Source: Gammaproteobacteria bacterium
GTDB taxonomy: Bacteria; Pseudomonadota; Gammaproteobacteria; UBA4575
DNA: 64,000 bases
Assembly (NCBI GenBank): GCA_965243395.1
Contig: CBDEUS010000002.1
Coordinates: forward strand, 640,001-704,000
Direction of reading: 5' to 3'
In this document: one piece after another, positions 1-10,090 of the stretch
Position numbering within the stretch: the stretch's first letter is position 1
Layout of the letters: every line of letters begins with the position of its first letter
The notes under the pieces: generated by a model
Databases searched by the model: none
The model's input: only the letters and a program-made list of their open reading frames with translations
Told to the model about the DNA's origin: nothing
Program-made: the position numbers and the translations under genes

Positions 1-881
1 TATAATTGTTTTACAAGTTTGAGCATACTTTCTTCTAATACGAGTTGTACGCTTGCAGCTATATCAGCGTGCTTGGTATTACCATTCTGATATAGGATGG
101 GTTGTTGAGGTTTGCGTTCATCGCCTAATAATTTTGTAATTTTAGGACCAAAACTTTTATCCGGGTCAAAAGGGTATCTAAAAGCAGAAACATCAAGTTC
201 AAAACTTCCATCATTAGAAAATTCCAGCAAAGACCGAATTTGATCTTGATAAGTTGGTTTGCCATAACCAGCAAGGCCCATTACTTTTTGTTCTCCTTCG
301 TTAACCTGAAATCCAAGAAATGCAGTAATCGAAGAATATAAAAGGCCAAGTGAATGTGGAAAATGTAGTTCAGAGATGATTTTTAAATAATTTTCTGACC
401 CCTTGCCAAAAGTGGTTGTCGCCCATTCGCCAACACCATCAACGGTTAAAATAGCAGCATCTTCGTAAGGTGAAGGAAAGTAGGCGCTGGCTGCATGAGA
501 TTGATGATGTTCCGTGAAAAGAATTTTTTTTGGCGCGACTCCAAGTTCGTTCGCAATACGATTTTTTAACCAAAGCCTATCACCAAGCCATAAAAACATT
601 GCTCTACTGAATGCTTTTGAAGAGCGGGGAAAATGTTTTAAATGAGTAACCAGTATTCTTTCAAATTTACGCAATGGTTTTTCATAAAAAACGATCCAGT
701 CGATTTCATTTATCGAGACACATCCTTCTTGCAAACAGAAATTAATCGCATTAATTGGAAATGATGGATCATTTTTTATTTGTGTGAATCTTTCTTCTTG
801 CGCAGCTGCTACAGGAAACCCATCTCTAATTAGTGCAGCAGCGGCATCGTGATAAAAAGCAGATATGCCCAAGATATCCAA
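1..881 (-). CDS. Carbamoyltransferase, NodU/CmcH/SxtI family; N-terminal part, runs off the window start
   Basis: Not in the ORF track because it is truncated. Manual translation from TTG at 881 gives (M)DILGISAFYHDAAAALIRDG..AAAQEERF..EHHQSHAASAY..ILTVDGVGEW..FPHSLGLLY..EQKVMGLAGYG, the Carbam_trans_N motifs. Confidence 0.92.
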   Translation of the reverse strand, partial: MDILGISAFYHDAAAALIRDGFPVAAAQEERFTQIKNDPSFPINAINFCLQEGCVSINEIDWIVFYEKPLRKFERILVTHLKHFPRSSKAFSRAMFLWLGDRLWLKNRIANELGVAPKKILFTEHHQSHAASAYFPSPYEDAAILTVDGVGEWATTTFGKGSENYLKIISELHFPHSLGLLYSSITAFLGFQVNEGEQKVMGLAGYGKPTYQDQIRSLLEFSNDGSFELDVSAFRYPFDPDKSFGPKITKLLGDERKPQQPILYQNGNTKHADIAASVQLVLEESMLKLVKQL

Positions 882-898
882 TGTATTACAACTTAACT

Positions 899-1681
899 TT
901 AGTATTGAGATTGACCTTGTTTAAGGTCTTGGCTCAATTTTTGCGGGCACTGCCAGCCTTTTTTTGAGCGACTTAATTTTGATGAAATTGCAAAAGGGAC
1001 GACTATTGTAAAGTAAAGAATATAGAGAATGAGATGCCCTATTTTTTCACCTATTTTTGAACTTTTGCGTTTAATACTATTTAAAATGCGTGCTTTTTTT
1101 GCAAAAGACAAAGCTTTTTTTACTTGCTTGGATTTGCCTTGATTTTTCCATTCAGCGAGAAATTTACCTGTATACGAAACATGATAGCGTTCATCTTTTA
1201 ATATTCTTTCAAAAATTTTAAATGTTTCAGGATCATCATGTAATAATTTATGATGTTTGCTGAATATTTTTTCAGCTTTTGCTTCAGCGACATTCAGCAT
1301 AGCAACATAAGTAATTTCACCTAATTTTTCATAATTTTCACCTGAAAAAAAGTCATGCGAATTTAACTCAGTTGAAGTTTTGATTCTTGATAAGTTATAA
1401 AGTTTATCTGGCTTTTTATAAATACTCGATGTGTTTGGTTGCAGTTTCCTTAATTTATGTGCTTGTGCGCTAAATAGATGACCATGTTCTAACTCATCTT
1501 TAGCGTGACGCTCTAAATGTTTTCGCAGCTTAGGATTGTCAACATATGGTAGCGCACTGAGTATAGATTTTCCTGCATCCATCTCTGTTTGAGCAAAGCT
1601 TTCTAAGGTTTGAATTTTCCGTTCGGGATTAGACCATGCTCTGCGGTGGCGCGCGTAAAACATTAAATTTGAAATAGTCAT
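899..1681 (-). CDS. Ferritin-like diiron four-helix protein with a C-terminal membrane tail (SxtJ-like)
   Basis: E..DELEH and E..DERYH diiron-carboxylate pattern. The tail IGEKIGHLILYILYFTIVVPF resembles SxtJ-type partners of carbamoyltransferases. Ends 17 nt upstream of the carbamoyltransferase start. Confidence 0.6.
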   Translation of the reverse strand: MTISNLMFYARHRRAWSNPERKIQTLESFAQTEMDAGKSILSALPYVDNPKLRKHLERHAKDELEHGHLFSAQAHKLRKLQPNTSSIYKKPDKLYNLSRIKTSTELNSHDFFSGENYEKLGEITYVAMLNVAEAKAEKIFSKHHKLLHDDPETFKIFERILKDERYHVSYTGKFLAEWKNQGKSKQVKKALSFAKKARILNSIKRKSSKIGEKIGHLILYILYFTIVVPFAISSKLSRSKKGWQCPQKLSQDLKQGQSQY

Positions 1682-1741
1682 TAAGAAATTTATAGTAATT
1701 GGTTTCTATAGTTAGAAGACCTTGAAAATAGAATTCTTATT

Positions 1742-2710
1742 TCATATAATTTTGCTTAATAATTTTTTCATATTGTTTTTTTCTTTTGTGTATGTAAATA
1801 GGCTAGATTTGGCTTTACATGCTTTTTCAAGCTTATTTAAGAACTTGCTATCAGATTCAGCTTTCAGTAACAGCTTACGCAGGCTCTGGGTATCGCCGTA
1901 AGGATAATAACCAGGGTAATTTTTTCCTAGTAAACCAACTGATCCGGCAATATCCGAGGCAATTACCGGCATTCCTGCCACACATGCTTCTGAAATAACG
2001 TTCGCACCGCCTTCCATTTTTGAACTTAATACCATTACATCAGCATGGGCATATTGTTGACGAATTTTCCAATGAGGGACTTCGCCATACCAGTGATAAC
2101 GCTCATTGGAAGTTGCTTCTTTTTCTGCGCGCTTGGCCCAAGCCGAGGTATGGGCTTTTCCAAATTGCAGAATTCTAATCCGAGATTCATTAGGTAATTT
2201 TCGTACTGCATAAGCTGCACGTAATGGATCTTTTTCTTCTCTCAAGTGTCCTATCACACACGCATCAAAGTACTTTTTGTTTTTATTGATAGATCTTCTT
2301 ACGGAATTAGCTGATTGATAAATCACATTTACTTTTTTTCGATAAGTCTTGGGGATTGCCAAATGCGCTAAGTCATGCAGTGAAATTAATGCATCGGCAT
2401 TTTTTATAGAGCGTAGTGTGGGTTTTGGATGTGAGTGAATAAATCTGTATAAGTCAGTACCTGTTAAAGCAACAATTAGCGGTTTTTCTGGGTAATGTTT
2501 ACTAAACGTATATATTGAATTCGCACTGCGCCATGCATGCAGTGCAAGCATTAAGTCTGATTTATTACATAGATGTCGTATATCGTCCTGACTATTTTTA
2601 ACCAAAACCTTATGCCCTAGATCGGTTAATATATTTTTCCAACGCACAGCGGTAACACGATTACCTGCACGAGCACTTGGTAAAGCTGGAGTAATGAGAA
2701 GTATTTTCAT
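1742..2710 (-). CDS. senB: Selenosugar synthase SenB (TIGR04348-type GT-B glycosyltransferase)
   Basis: N-terminal ITPA..GNRVTAVRW, ALHA.RS, LTGTDLY, GHLREEKDP and MEGGANVISEA motifs; divergent from an EgtB-like gene. Confidence 0.85.
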   Translation of the reverse strand: MKILLITPALPSARAGNRVTAVRWKNILTDLGHKVLVKNSQDDIRHLCNKSDLMLALHAWRSANSIYTFSKHYPEKPLIVALTGTDLYRFIHSHPKPTLRSIKNADALISLHDLAHLAIPKTYRKKVNVIYQSANSVRRSINKNKKYFDACVIGHLREEKDPLRAAYAVRKLPNESRIRILQFGKAHTSAWAKRAEKEATSNERYHWYGEVPHWKIRQQYAHADVMVLSSKMEGGANVISEACVAGMPVIASDIAGSVGLLGKNYPGYYPYGDTQSLRKLLLKAESDSKFLNKLEKACKAKSSLFTYTKEKNNMKKLLSKII

Positions 2711-2777
2711 AGATGTAAAATAGTTAGCACTATTGTAAGGTTATAAAAATCGTATAATTTAAACTTCACTACTTGTA

Positions 2778-4097
2778 ATGAATTATAACAGCGCTACCGC
2801 CGAGAGTATTTCCTCTGCGCTATTAGATGCACGCTCCAGGACCTTGGATTTAGTTTCCGGGCTAAGTGATGAACAGCTTATGGGCAAAATTTTGCCTACG
2901 ATCAACCCATTAAGATGGGAGATAGCTCATGCCGCTTATTTCCATGAAATTTGGGTATTACGTCATTTGGGCAAGCAAGCTGCTGTACGTGATGATGCAG
3001 ACGCACTATTTGATTCCATCGGTATTCAACATGATGATCGCTGGAGTTTGCCATTACCCAGTTTGCAAGACACTTTCGAATACATGAATAATGTATTAAT
3101 GCACGAGTTGGAATTGTTGAGAAATATCGAACTGAATAATTATGCTAAGTATTTTTATTTATTAGCTCTATTCCATGAGGACATGCATAACGAAGCATTT
3201 ATTTATACACGCCAAACGCTTTCTTACCCCAGACCAAATTTTGTTGAAGAAGATAATTTAAGTAATGATGTTAAAGAAAATAATGCAACAATAAACTACG
3301 AAGATATCCCAATCCCTGGTGGAAGATTTACATTGGGTGCTGAGCGTAACGAAGAATTCATTTTTGATAATGAAAAATGGCAGCACGAAGTGGAGGTGGC
3401 ACCGTTCAAGATTGCTAAATACGCAGTAAGCAACGAGCAGTATTTGGAATTTGTAGAAGCAAATGGTTATTTACAAGAGAAGTATTGGAATGAGCAGAGT
3501 TGGCAGTGGCGTCAGAAAAGCAATCTACTGCATCCCATATATTGGAAAAAAGATACAGATAGAAGGTGGTACGTAAGGAAATTTGATCATTGGCAGCCTA
3601 TACATTTAAATCATGCTGTCATACACGTCAGTTGGCATGAGGCTCAAGCATTTTGCAAATGGGCTCAGCGTCGTTTACCGACTGAACAGGAATGGGAATT
3701 TGCTGCAGCATGTAATCCTAGTTCAACAAAGAATAATTATTTTCATAAAAATTTATATCCATGCGGAGATGAACTTAATTCCACGCATATGAATTTAGAT
3801 TGTCAGCATTCAGGTACGATTGATATAACAGATTATGCTGAAAGTGATAGTGCCTTTGGATGTAGGCAAATGTTTGGCAATGTTTGGGAATGGACTACAT
3901 CCACGTTTAATCCTTATCCAGGTTTTTCACCGGATTGGTATACAGAATATTCTCGTCCTTTGTTTGGTGAAACCAAAGTATTACGTGGTGGAGCATGGAC
4001 AACAAGAAGTCGAATGATGCGTAATACACTCCGTAATTATTATGGGCCTGATCGAAATGACGTATTTGCAGGTTTTCGTACCTGTGCACTGAATTAA
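2778..4097 (+). CDS. senA: Selenoneine synthase SenA (EgtB/OvoA-like non-haem Fe enzyme; DinB + FGE-sulfatase domains)
   Basis: NPLRWEIAH, iron motif FHEDMHNE, FDNEK, RLPTEQEWE, GNVWEW, RNDVFAGFRTC; adjacent to senB. Confidence 0.82.
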   Translation: MNYNSATAESISSALLDARSRTLDLVSGLSDEQLMGKILPTINPLRWEIAHAAYFHEIWVLRHLGKQAAVRDDADALFDSIGIQHDDRWSLPLPSLQDTFEYMNNVLMHELELLRNIELNNYAKYFYLLALFHEDMHNEAFIYTRQTLSYPRPNFVEEDNLSNDVKENNATINYEDIPIPGGRFTLGAERNEEFIFDNEKWQHEVEVAPFKIAKYAVSNEQYLEFVEANGYLQEKYWNEQSWQWRQKSNLLHPIYWKKDTDRRWYVRKFDHWQPIHLNHAVIHVSWHEAQAFCKWAQRRLPTEQEWEFAAACNPSSTKNNYFHKNLYPCGDELNSTHMNLDCQHSGTIDITDYAESDSAFGCRQMFGNVWEWTTSTFNPYPGFSPDWYTEYSRPLFGETKVLRGGAWTTRSRMMRNTLRNYYGPDRNDVFAGFRTCALN

Positions 4098-4121
4098 ACA
4101 CTCTACAAAAGTAAATAGTTA

Positions 4122-4919
4122 ATGAAATGGTGGGGTAAATTACTCGGCGGCGCGTTGGGTTACGCGTTGGGAGATTTTATTGGTTTGATCATTGGTGCGA
4201 TATTAGGACACCAGCTTGATCGAAGAAATAATTCTTTAAGTGGTATTAGATTTGATCGAGGATCTCAAGAGCGCACTCAAGCTGCATTTTTTAATGCAAC
4301 ATTTTCTGTATTAGGTCATATCTCAAAAGCGGATGGAAGAGTCTCTCCAGAAGAAATTCAGCTAGCAGAACAAGTTATGCAACAGATGCGCTTAAGTAAA
4401 GAACAGCGTTCGGCAGCCATAGATTTGTTTAATCAAGGCAAGCAAGCCGATTTTAATTTGGATGAAGCGTTAGTTGAATTCCGTGATAGATGTAAAGGTA
4501 AAATTGCATTGATACAGATGTTTGTTGAAATCCAATTACAAGCGGCTTATGCAGATGGCACTAAAAATAGCGGTGAAGAAAAAGTCTTAAAACATATTTG
4601 TAGGGTATTAGGCTACCCTGAAGCACTTCTAGCGCAGCTTGAGTCTATGTTATTTGCAAGTAGGCGTAGCCGTCAGTCTTATGGGTCAAGTCAAGCCTAT
4701 ACATCTTCATCTGCGTTGGAGGATGCATATAAGATTATTGGTGTAGATAAATCTGCCAGTGATGCTGAAGTAAAAAAAGCTTATCGTAGGCTAATGAGTC
4801 AAAATCATCCTGATAAGTTGATTGCTAAAGGGCTGCCTGAAGAAATGATCGAGATTGCCACGAATAAAACACAAGAAATTCAAAAAGCTTATGACTTGAT
4901 ATCAGAAAGTAGAAGTTAG
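4122..4919 (+). CDS. djlA: Co-chaperone DjlA
   Basis: MKWWGKLLGG N-terminal anchor, TerB-like KADGRVS domain, C-terminal J domain with HPD motif. Confidence 0.93.
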   Translation: MKWWGKLLGGALGYALGDFIGLIIGAILGHQLDRRNNSLSGIRFDRGSQERTQAAFFNATFSVLGHISKADGRVSPEEIQLAEQVMQQMRLSKEQRSAAIDLFNQGKQADFNLDEALVEFRDRCKGKIALIQMFVEIQLQAAYADGTKNSGEEKVLKHICRVLGYPEALLAQLESMLFASRRSRQSYGSSQAYTSSSALEDAYKIIGVDKSASDAEVKKAYRRLMSQNHPDKLIAKGLPEEMIEIATNKTQEIQKAYDLISESRS

Positions 4920-5139
4920 TCTGTTAATAAAGATTATTCTAAGAAAGATTTTAATTTTTCTGATCTTGATCTGTCGTTCGGATAGTTGTAGTAGACAACT
5001 AGGCAATTACCTTGTAAAAGTTGTCGGTTATCAAAATGTTCACAATGCAAAGCGTGGTATTATTTCTTAATTAGACTAAACAATCCCACCGTAGCACCAC
5101 ATAAGTGTGTAAACCTGCCTTTATTGAAGGGGCTTATAA

Positions 5140-5964
5140 ATGAACATTTCGGAATATTTTCCTAAAGAAGAATTTGCGCAACGTTGTGTATTTGTAACGG
5201 GTGGCGGTAGTGGTATCAATCTAGGAATTGCAAAGTGCTATGCGGCTGTTGGTGCAAAAGTTGCGATATGCGGTCGCGATGAAAATAAACTTGATCATGC
5301 AAAAAATGAACTAGAGGAATTAGGCGCTAAAACACATGCTGTTGTAGCTGATGTTAGAGATTTTGATGCCATGCAAGATGCTTGTGATGAAATCCAAATT
5401 GCGCTCGGGAAAATTTCAGATTTAGTGTGCGGTGCTGCAGGTAATTTTCTTTGTCCCGCGAATGAAATGAGTGCTAATGCATTTCGCACAGTAGTAGACA
5501 TTGATTTAATGGGTAGTTTTAATGCAAGTCGCGCTGCATTTGAACAACTTAAAGAAACAAAAGGAAGCGTATTAATGGTCTCTGCAGGGCAGGCCTATAT
5601 GCCTTATTCATATCAAGTGCATGCAGGTGCGGCTAAAGCAGGTGTAGAAATGTTGGCAAAAAATTTAGCACTTGAATGGGGGCAATTTGGGATAAGAGTG
5701 AATAGTGTTGTCCCAGGGCCTATTGAGGATACTGAAGGAGTTAAGCGGCTCACAAATGAAACGCAAAAACAAATGTTGTTGCAATCCATTCCATTAAAGC
5801 GTCTGGGTCAGGCTGAAGAAATTGGTCAGGTTGCAGTGTTTTTATCTTCTAAAATGGCGGCCTATATTACCGGCACACAAGTGGTTTGCGATGGAGGAAT
5901 GAACTTAGCTGGTTCAGCATTGTTTAACATGGCAGTTGACCAGGGAGGAAAAACGAACCGCTAA
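5140..5964 (+). CDS. SDR oxidoreductase, 2,4-dienoyl-CoA reductase-like
   Basis: TGGGSGIN, GAAGNF, NAFRTVVDIDL, HAGAAKAG, PGPI, DGG motifs. Confidence 0.85.
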   Translation: MNISEYFPKEEFAQRCVFVTGGGSGINLGIAKCYAAVGAKVAICGRDENKLDHAKNELEELGAKTHAVVADVRDFDAMQDACDEIQIALGKISDLVCGAAGNFLCPANEMSANAFRTVVDIDLMGSFNASRAAFEQLKETKGSVLMVSAGQAYMPYSYQVHAGAAKAGVEMLAKNLALEWGQFGIRVNSVVPGPIEDTEGVKRLTNETQKQMLLQSIPLKRLGQAEEIGQVAVFLSSKMAAYITGTQVVCDGGMNLAGSALFNMAVDQGGKTNR

Positions 5965-5978
5965 ATTGTTTTTTGTTT

Positions 5979-7022
5979 TCACTTAACTGAGTCGGGATGA
6001 TACTCCGTTTCAAACATGGCCCATACCGCTAAAAAGAATGCAGCAATTATAGGTCCAATTACAAAACCCGATAAACCAAAGAGACCCAATCCACCTAGAG
6101 TACTCAATAGTATTAAGTAGTCAGGCATTTTAGTATCACGACCCACTAAAATAGGGCGTAAGACATTATCAATCATGCCAATAATCAATGCGCCGACCAC
6201 TAATAAGATTACACCTTTGATAATTTCCCCGTTTGCAAAAAATATAATTGCGGCAGGTCCCCATACTAAAGCTGATCCTACAGCGGGTAAAATCGATAAG
6301 CCGATCATTACCACACCCCAAAATACAGCAGATTCTATACCAAGGAGGGCGAACATAATTCCACCCAAGGTTCCCTGGATAATACCAACCACTAAAGTAC
6401 CTTTAACCGTAGCTCTAGAAACTTCGGCAAACTTAGATAGTAAGTGGCGCTCTGCGTCATCGCCTATAGGCAGTACTCGTATGATAAGTTCGACTAAATT
6501 TTTGCCATCACGCAGAAAGAAAAATAATAAGTACAGCATTAAAAAAAATAGTATTGTAAAAGTTACTGCGTTTTGACCAATATTGAGTAAATTTGTCGCG
6601 ACCCACTGACTTGTATTTAATGCGGTATCTGAAAATCCTTCTTTGAGTTTTTCAAAATCAATTCCAACTTTACCGAGTAAATCACTCACTACGGGTAAAC
6701 TACTTTGTACCCATGCAATGGGTTTAGAAAAATCATAAACCCCATCACGAATATCGCTATATAGGTCAGCGCCTTCATTAACAACAGCTATAGAAAGTGT
6801 AGTTGCAGGTACTACTACTGTAATCAAGATCAATAACAGAGTTAACAATGCACTTATATTATTTCTATTCTTAAGTTTTTTTAGAATGAATTTGTGTAAT
6901 GGTGCAAAAATGATTGCAAAAGTTATTGCCCATAGAATCGGCTCAAAAAATGGTTTAAGAATAAAAATAAAGGCTAGTGTTGCAGCTACTAAGAGCGTGA
7001 AAAAGAAGATGTGCTTAATCAA
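5979..7022 (-). CDS. AI-2E family transporter
   Basis: Multi-TM protein with FFFLRDG, DNVLRPILVG and GFVIGP motifs. Confidence 0.9.
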   Translation of the reverse strand: MIKHIFFFTLLVAATLAFIFILKPFFEPILWAITFAIIFAPLHKFILKKLKNRNNISALLTLLLILITVVVPATTLSIAVVNEGADLYSDIRDGVYDFSKPIAWVQSSLPVVSDLLGKVGIDFEKLKEGFSDTALNTSQWVATNLLNIGQNAVTFTILFFLMLYLLFFFLRDGKNLVELIIRVLPIGDDAERHLLSKFAEVSRATVKGTLVVGIIQGTLGGIMFALLGIESAVFWGVVMIGLSILPAVGSALVWGPAAIIFFANGEIIKGVILLVVGALIIGMIDNVLRPILVGRDTKMPDYLILLSTLGGLGLFGLSGFVIGPIIAAFFLAVWAMFETEYHPDSVK

Positions 7023-7033
7023 AATAGAAACTT

Positions 7034-10000
7034 TTATATCGTTGCGTTTTCAGTTTGACTATAGTTTGTTTGCTTGCCACCTAATTGTAGCAGACTAGGT
7101 AGTAAGATCAGTGTAAATGCAGTGCTTACCAGCATTCCTCCAACAATGACGCCGGCTAGCCCTTTATATAATTCAGTTCCTGCCCCTGGAATGACCAATA
7201 GAGGTAACATACCAAAAATACTGGTTAGAGTGCTCATGAGAATAGGTCGTAGACGTATGCGTACAGATTCTCTTACTGCATCATGACGCGATTTACCTTC
7301 ACGCTCCGCCACACGCGCTTGATGGACCAATAAGATAGCATTGTTTACAACCAGTCCCAATAAAATTATGAAACCAAGCATGGTTAATAAATCTGCCGGT
7401 AATTTTAAAATTTGTAACATTAGAACACCGCCAACGGTAGCCAATGGTAAAGCTAAAATAACAAGCAGACTATCTGTAAAGGATCGAAATAACGCACTGA
7501 TTAAGAGATACAGAATGACCACTGCAAGAATAAAACTACTCGTAAAACTTTTTATAGCAGTTTCTAATTTATCCGCAGATCCACTAAGACGAATTTCTCC
7601 ATCCTCCGGTAATTGCGATTCCATCAAAGGCACAATTTCTTGTTGAATTTTTTCTATAGCAATTTCCAAAGGCATATCTTCTGGAGGGCGCACTTCCAAG
7701 GTTACGGTTCGTCTTCGATCTAGGCGACGAATTCGGTCGGGGCCTGCAGTGCGTTTAATTTCTACTAATTCACTCACAGGTAGTACACCCCCATTAGGCG
7801 TGTACATTGGAATTGCGGCGAGTTCTTCCGGAGTCTCCCAAGGTTGTACTCGAGTGATAATGTCTAGTTTTTCTTCACCATTAAAATATTCGCCTACAAA
7901 TAAACCTTGTCCTAATAAGCGCGTTACATTCGCCATAGTTTCGCGATCCCAACCTGCTTCAATCAGACGATTCTCATTGGGTAAAAGCTGTAATTCGGGT
8001 TCAGCTAATTGAAGTCCTGGTCTTGGTCGTGCGCGTACACCTTCAAATACTGTTGGAATTTTGAAAAATCCAATTCGCGCCGCGCGCAATAAGCTATCAA
8101 TATTACTGCCTTGAATATTAATATCGATTTCTGTGCGTCCACCTACACCACTAAACAAAGAAGCTTTTTGTACAACTGCAAAGGTATCCGGGAACCCACG
8201 AATGGAATTATTTACAACCTCAAGTGTTGCATCTACGTCTTTTTTGTTCGCATTTTCTGCACGTGCACCTAAAAACATAGAATTAGGGTTCGCAACGAAA
8301 AAGTAATGTTTTAATTTTGGTTCTTTAGTTCCATCAATATAGGGTTGCATTCGTTTAGCGATAATATTACCCATTTCTTTTTCGATATGGTCAGTATTTA
8401 CACCAGGCGGAGGTATGACAATGCCAAATACTAAATTGCGGTTTCCAGAGGGTAGATAATCAGTTTTTGGGGCAGCTAAAAATGTCAACAATACTGAAAC
8501 TGTAACTAACCCAAAAATCCAAAAATATCGTTTTGTAGGTGTCGAGGTAATTGCCATAATAGAATTCGTGGCTTTGTCCCACCATGGCTCATGTTCATCT
8601 TTTAAATCTAGATCGCTAGTAAATTTATACATTGCAGTTGGAATGATGAGACTAGCCACAATAAGTGAAGCCGCTATTGCAGCAGAAATAGCGATGGCTA
8701 AGTCAGAAAATAATTGACCGCTTTGATCTTTTAAAAAGATTATTGGTAGAAATATTGCAACCGTAGTTAGTGTTGATGCTAAAAGTGCTGGCCACACCTG
8801 TCGTGTACCATCAATTGCTGCTTGATAAGCCGATGCACCTCGTTCTCGCAAACGCACAATATTTTCCAAAACGATTATCGCAGCGTCCATCACCATTCCC
8901 ACCGCAAAAGCCATGCCTGCAAGCGAGATAACATTCATGGTGCGGCCAGCAACATTCATCATCATGAATGTTGTAAATAAGCATAAAGGAATTGTAATAG
9001 TTATTATTAAAGTTGCTCGAAGCTTTCTTAGAAACCACCATAAAATTCCTACCGCGAGTAAAATTCCCAGTGCCAAGTTATTTCGAAGCAGCTCAATAGC
9101 ACTTTCGATGTATACTGTCTCATCGTAAACTTGTTCAATGTTTAAATTGGCGCGTTTAAAAGGGCCTTGTTCAATTTCTTTTACTGCGATACGTAAATCA
9201 CTCATGGTTTCCAATACGTTCACGCCAGTTTCCCGATAAGCATTTACAGCAATAGATTGACTACCTTTTGTGATTACAAAGTTATTGCGGTCTACTGTAC
9301 GTACTTCAACATCAGCAATATCACGTAAGGCAATTGGTTTACCGTCGCGCCATTCGAGTATGAGTTCGCTAAGCTCTTTGGGACTTAATGCTCCTGTGTA
9401 ACGCAAAGTGTAACGACGCTTACCAACATCCGCGGTTCCACCTGAGACATCTTCATTTCCTCCTGCAAGACGAGCAGCTTTGGGTAATTCAATATTTAAA
9501 CCGGCTGCTTTGTAAGGGTCTACAGTAATGCGTACTTCATACTCATTTCCACCCCGTACTTCAGATAATGCAACTCCAGACACACGTTCGAAACGAGTTT
9601 GCACAACTTCTTCAACAAAATCACGATAGGTTTCGATCGCGCGTGGATTATCTTCATTTGGTTTGATAATAAACCACGCAATCGGACGGCCACGTCCCCC
9701 TGCGGTACTTAGAACGGGCTCGTCGGCATCTTCAGGATAAGTTGGTACTCGATTTAAACGATTAATTACTTCAATTAAGGCGCGATTTAAATCGTAGTCC
9801 ACTTCAAAAGTAATGGTAATCTTGCCATGACCTCTGCTCGCTTCAGAAAGTAACTCTTTCATGCCTGGTAGACCACGTAATTGTTTTTCTTGTGGCTCTA
9901 TAATTTCTGATTCAACTTCTTCTGGTGCAGCGGCACGCCAATCTGTTTTGATGACGATTTCAGGTTGTTCGACTTCTGGAGTGAGCTGGATGGGTAAGCT

Positions 10001-10090
10001 AAAGACAGCAAGTACACCAAAAATTAAGACAAGTAGGCATGCAACTAATGTTGCTACAGGATTACTAAGTGCAAGTTTGAGTAAGCTCAT
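7034..10090 (-). CDS. RND efflux permease (AcrB/AcrD/AcrF family)
   Basis: 1018 aa; GMVMDAAIIVLENI, GLVVNNAILL, RLRPILMSTLT. Confidence 0.93.
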   Translation of the reverse strand: MSLLKLALSNPVATLVACLLVLIFGVLAVFSLPIQLTPEVEQPEIVIKTDWRAAAPEEVESEIIEPQEKQLRGLPGMKELLSEASRGHGKITITFEVDYDLNRALIEVINRLNRVPTYPEDADEPVLSTAGGRGRPIAWFIIKPNEDNPRAIETYRDFVEEVVQTRFERVSGVALSEVRGGNEYEVRITVDPYKAAGLNIELPKAARLAGGNEDVSGGTADVGKRRYTLRYTGALSPKELSELILEWRDGKPIALRDIADVEVRTVDRNNFVITKGSQSIAVNAYRETGVNVLETMSDLRIAVKEIEQGPFKRANLNIEQVYDETVYIESAIELLRNNLALGILLAVGILWWFLRKLRATLIITITIPLCLFTTFMMMNVAGRTMNVISLAGMAFAVGMVMDAAIIVLENIVRLRERGASAYQAAIDGTRQVWPALLASTLTTVAIFLPIIFLKDQSGQLFSDLAIAISAAIAASLIVASLIIPTAMYKFTSDLDLKDEHEPWWDKATNSIMAITSTPTKRYFWIFGLVTVSVLLTFLAAPKTDYLPSGNRNLVFGIVIPPPGVNTDHIEKEMGNIIAKRMQPYIDGTKEPKLKHYFFVANPNSMFLGARAENANKKDVDATLEVVNNSIRGFPDTFAVVQKASLFSGVGGRTEIDINIQGSNIDSLLRAARIGFFKIPTVFEGVRARPRPGLQLAEPELQLLPNENRLIEAGWDRETMANVTRLLGQGLFVGEYFNGEEKLDIITRVQPWETPEELAAIPMYTPNGGVLPVSELVEIKRTAGPDRIRRLDRRRTVTLEVRPPEDMPLEIAIEKIQQEIVPLMESQLPEDGEIRLSGSADKLETAIKSFTSSFILAVVILYLLISALFRSFTDSLLVILALPLATVGGVLMLQILKLPADLLTMLGFIILLGLVVNNAILLVHQARVAEREGKSRHDAVRESVRIRLRPILMSTLTSIFGMLPLLVIPGAGTELYKGLAGVIVGGMLVSTAFTLILLPSLLQLGGKQTNYSQTENATI

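Noticed and set aside
4960-4973. CTGAT-CTTG-ATCTG near-match to the CTGAT box upstream of the SDR gene
   Set aside because: One mismatch, and no -10 hexamer at the 21-22 nt spacing seen in the island; may be chance.
5060-5139. GC-richer leader upstream of the SDR gene as a riboswitch
   Set aside because: No recognisable riboswitch consensus or convincing stem set.
6175-9128. Many 60-160 aa antisense ORFs inside long genes (e.g. 6175-6576, 7341-7646, and likewise 57795-58274)
   Set aside because: They are shadow ORFs opposite well-supported membrane-protein genes, with no SD or motifs.
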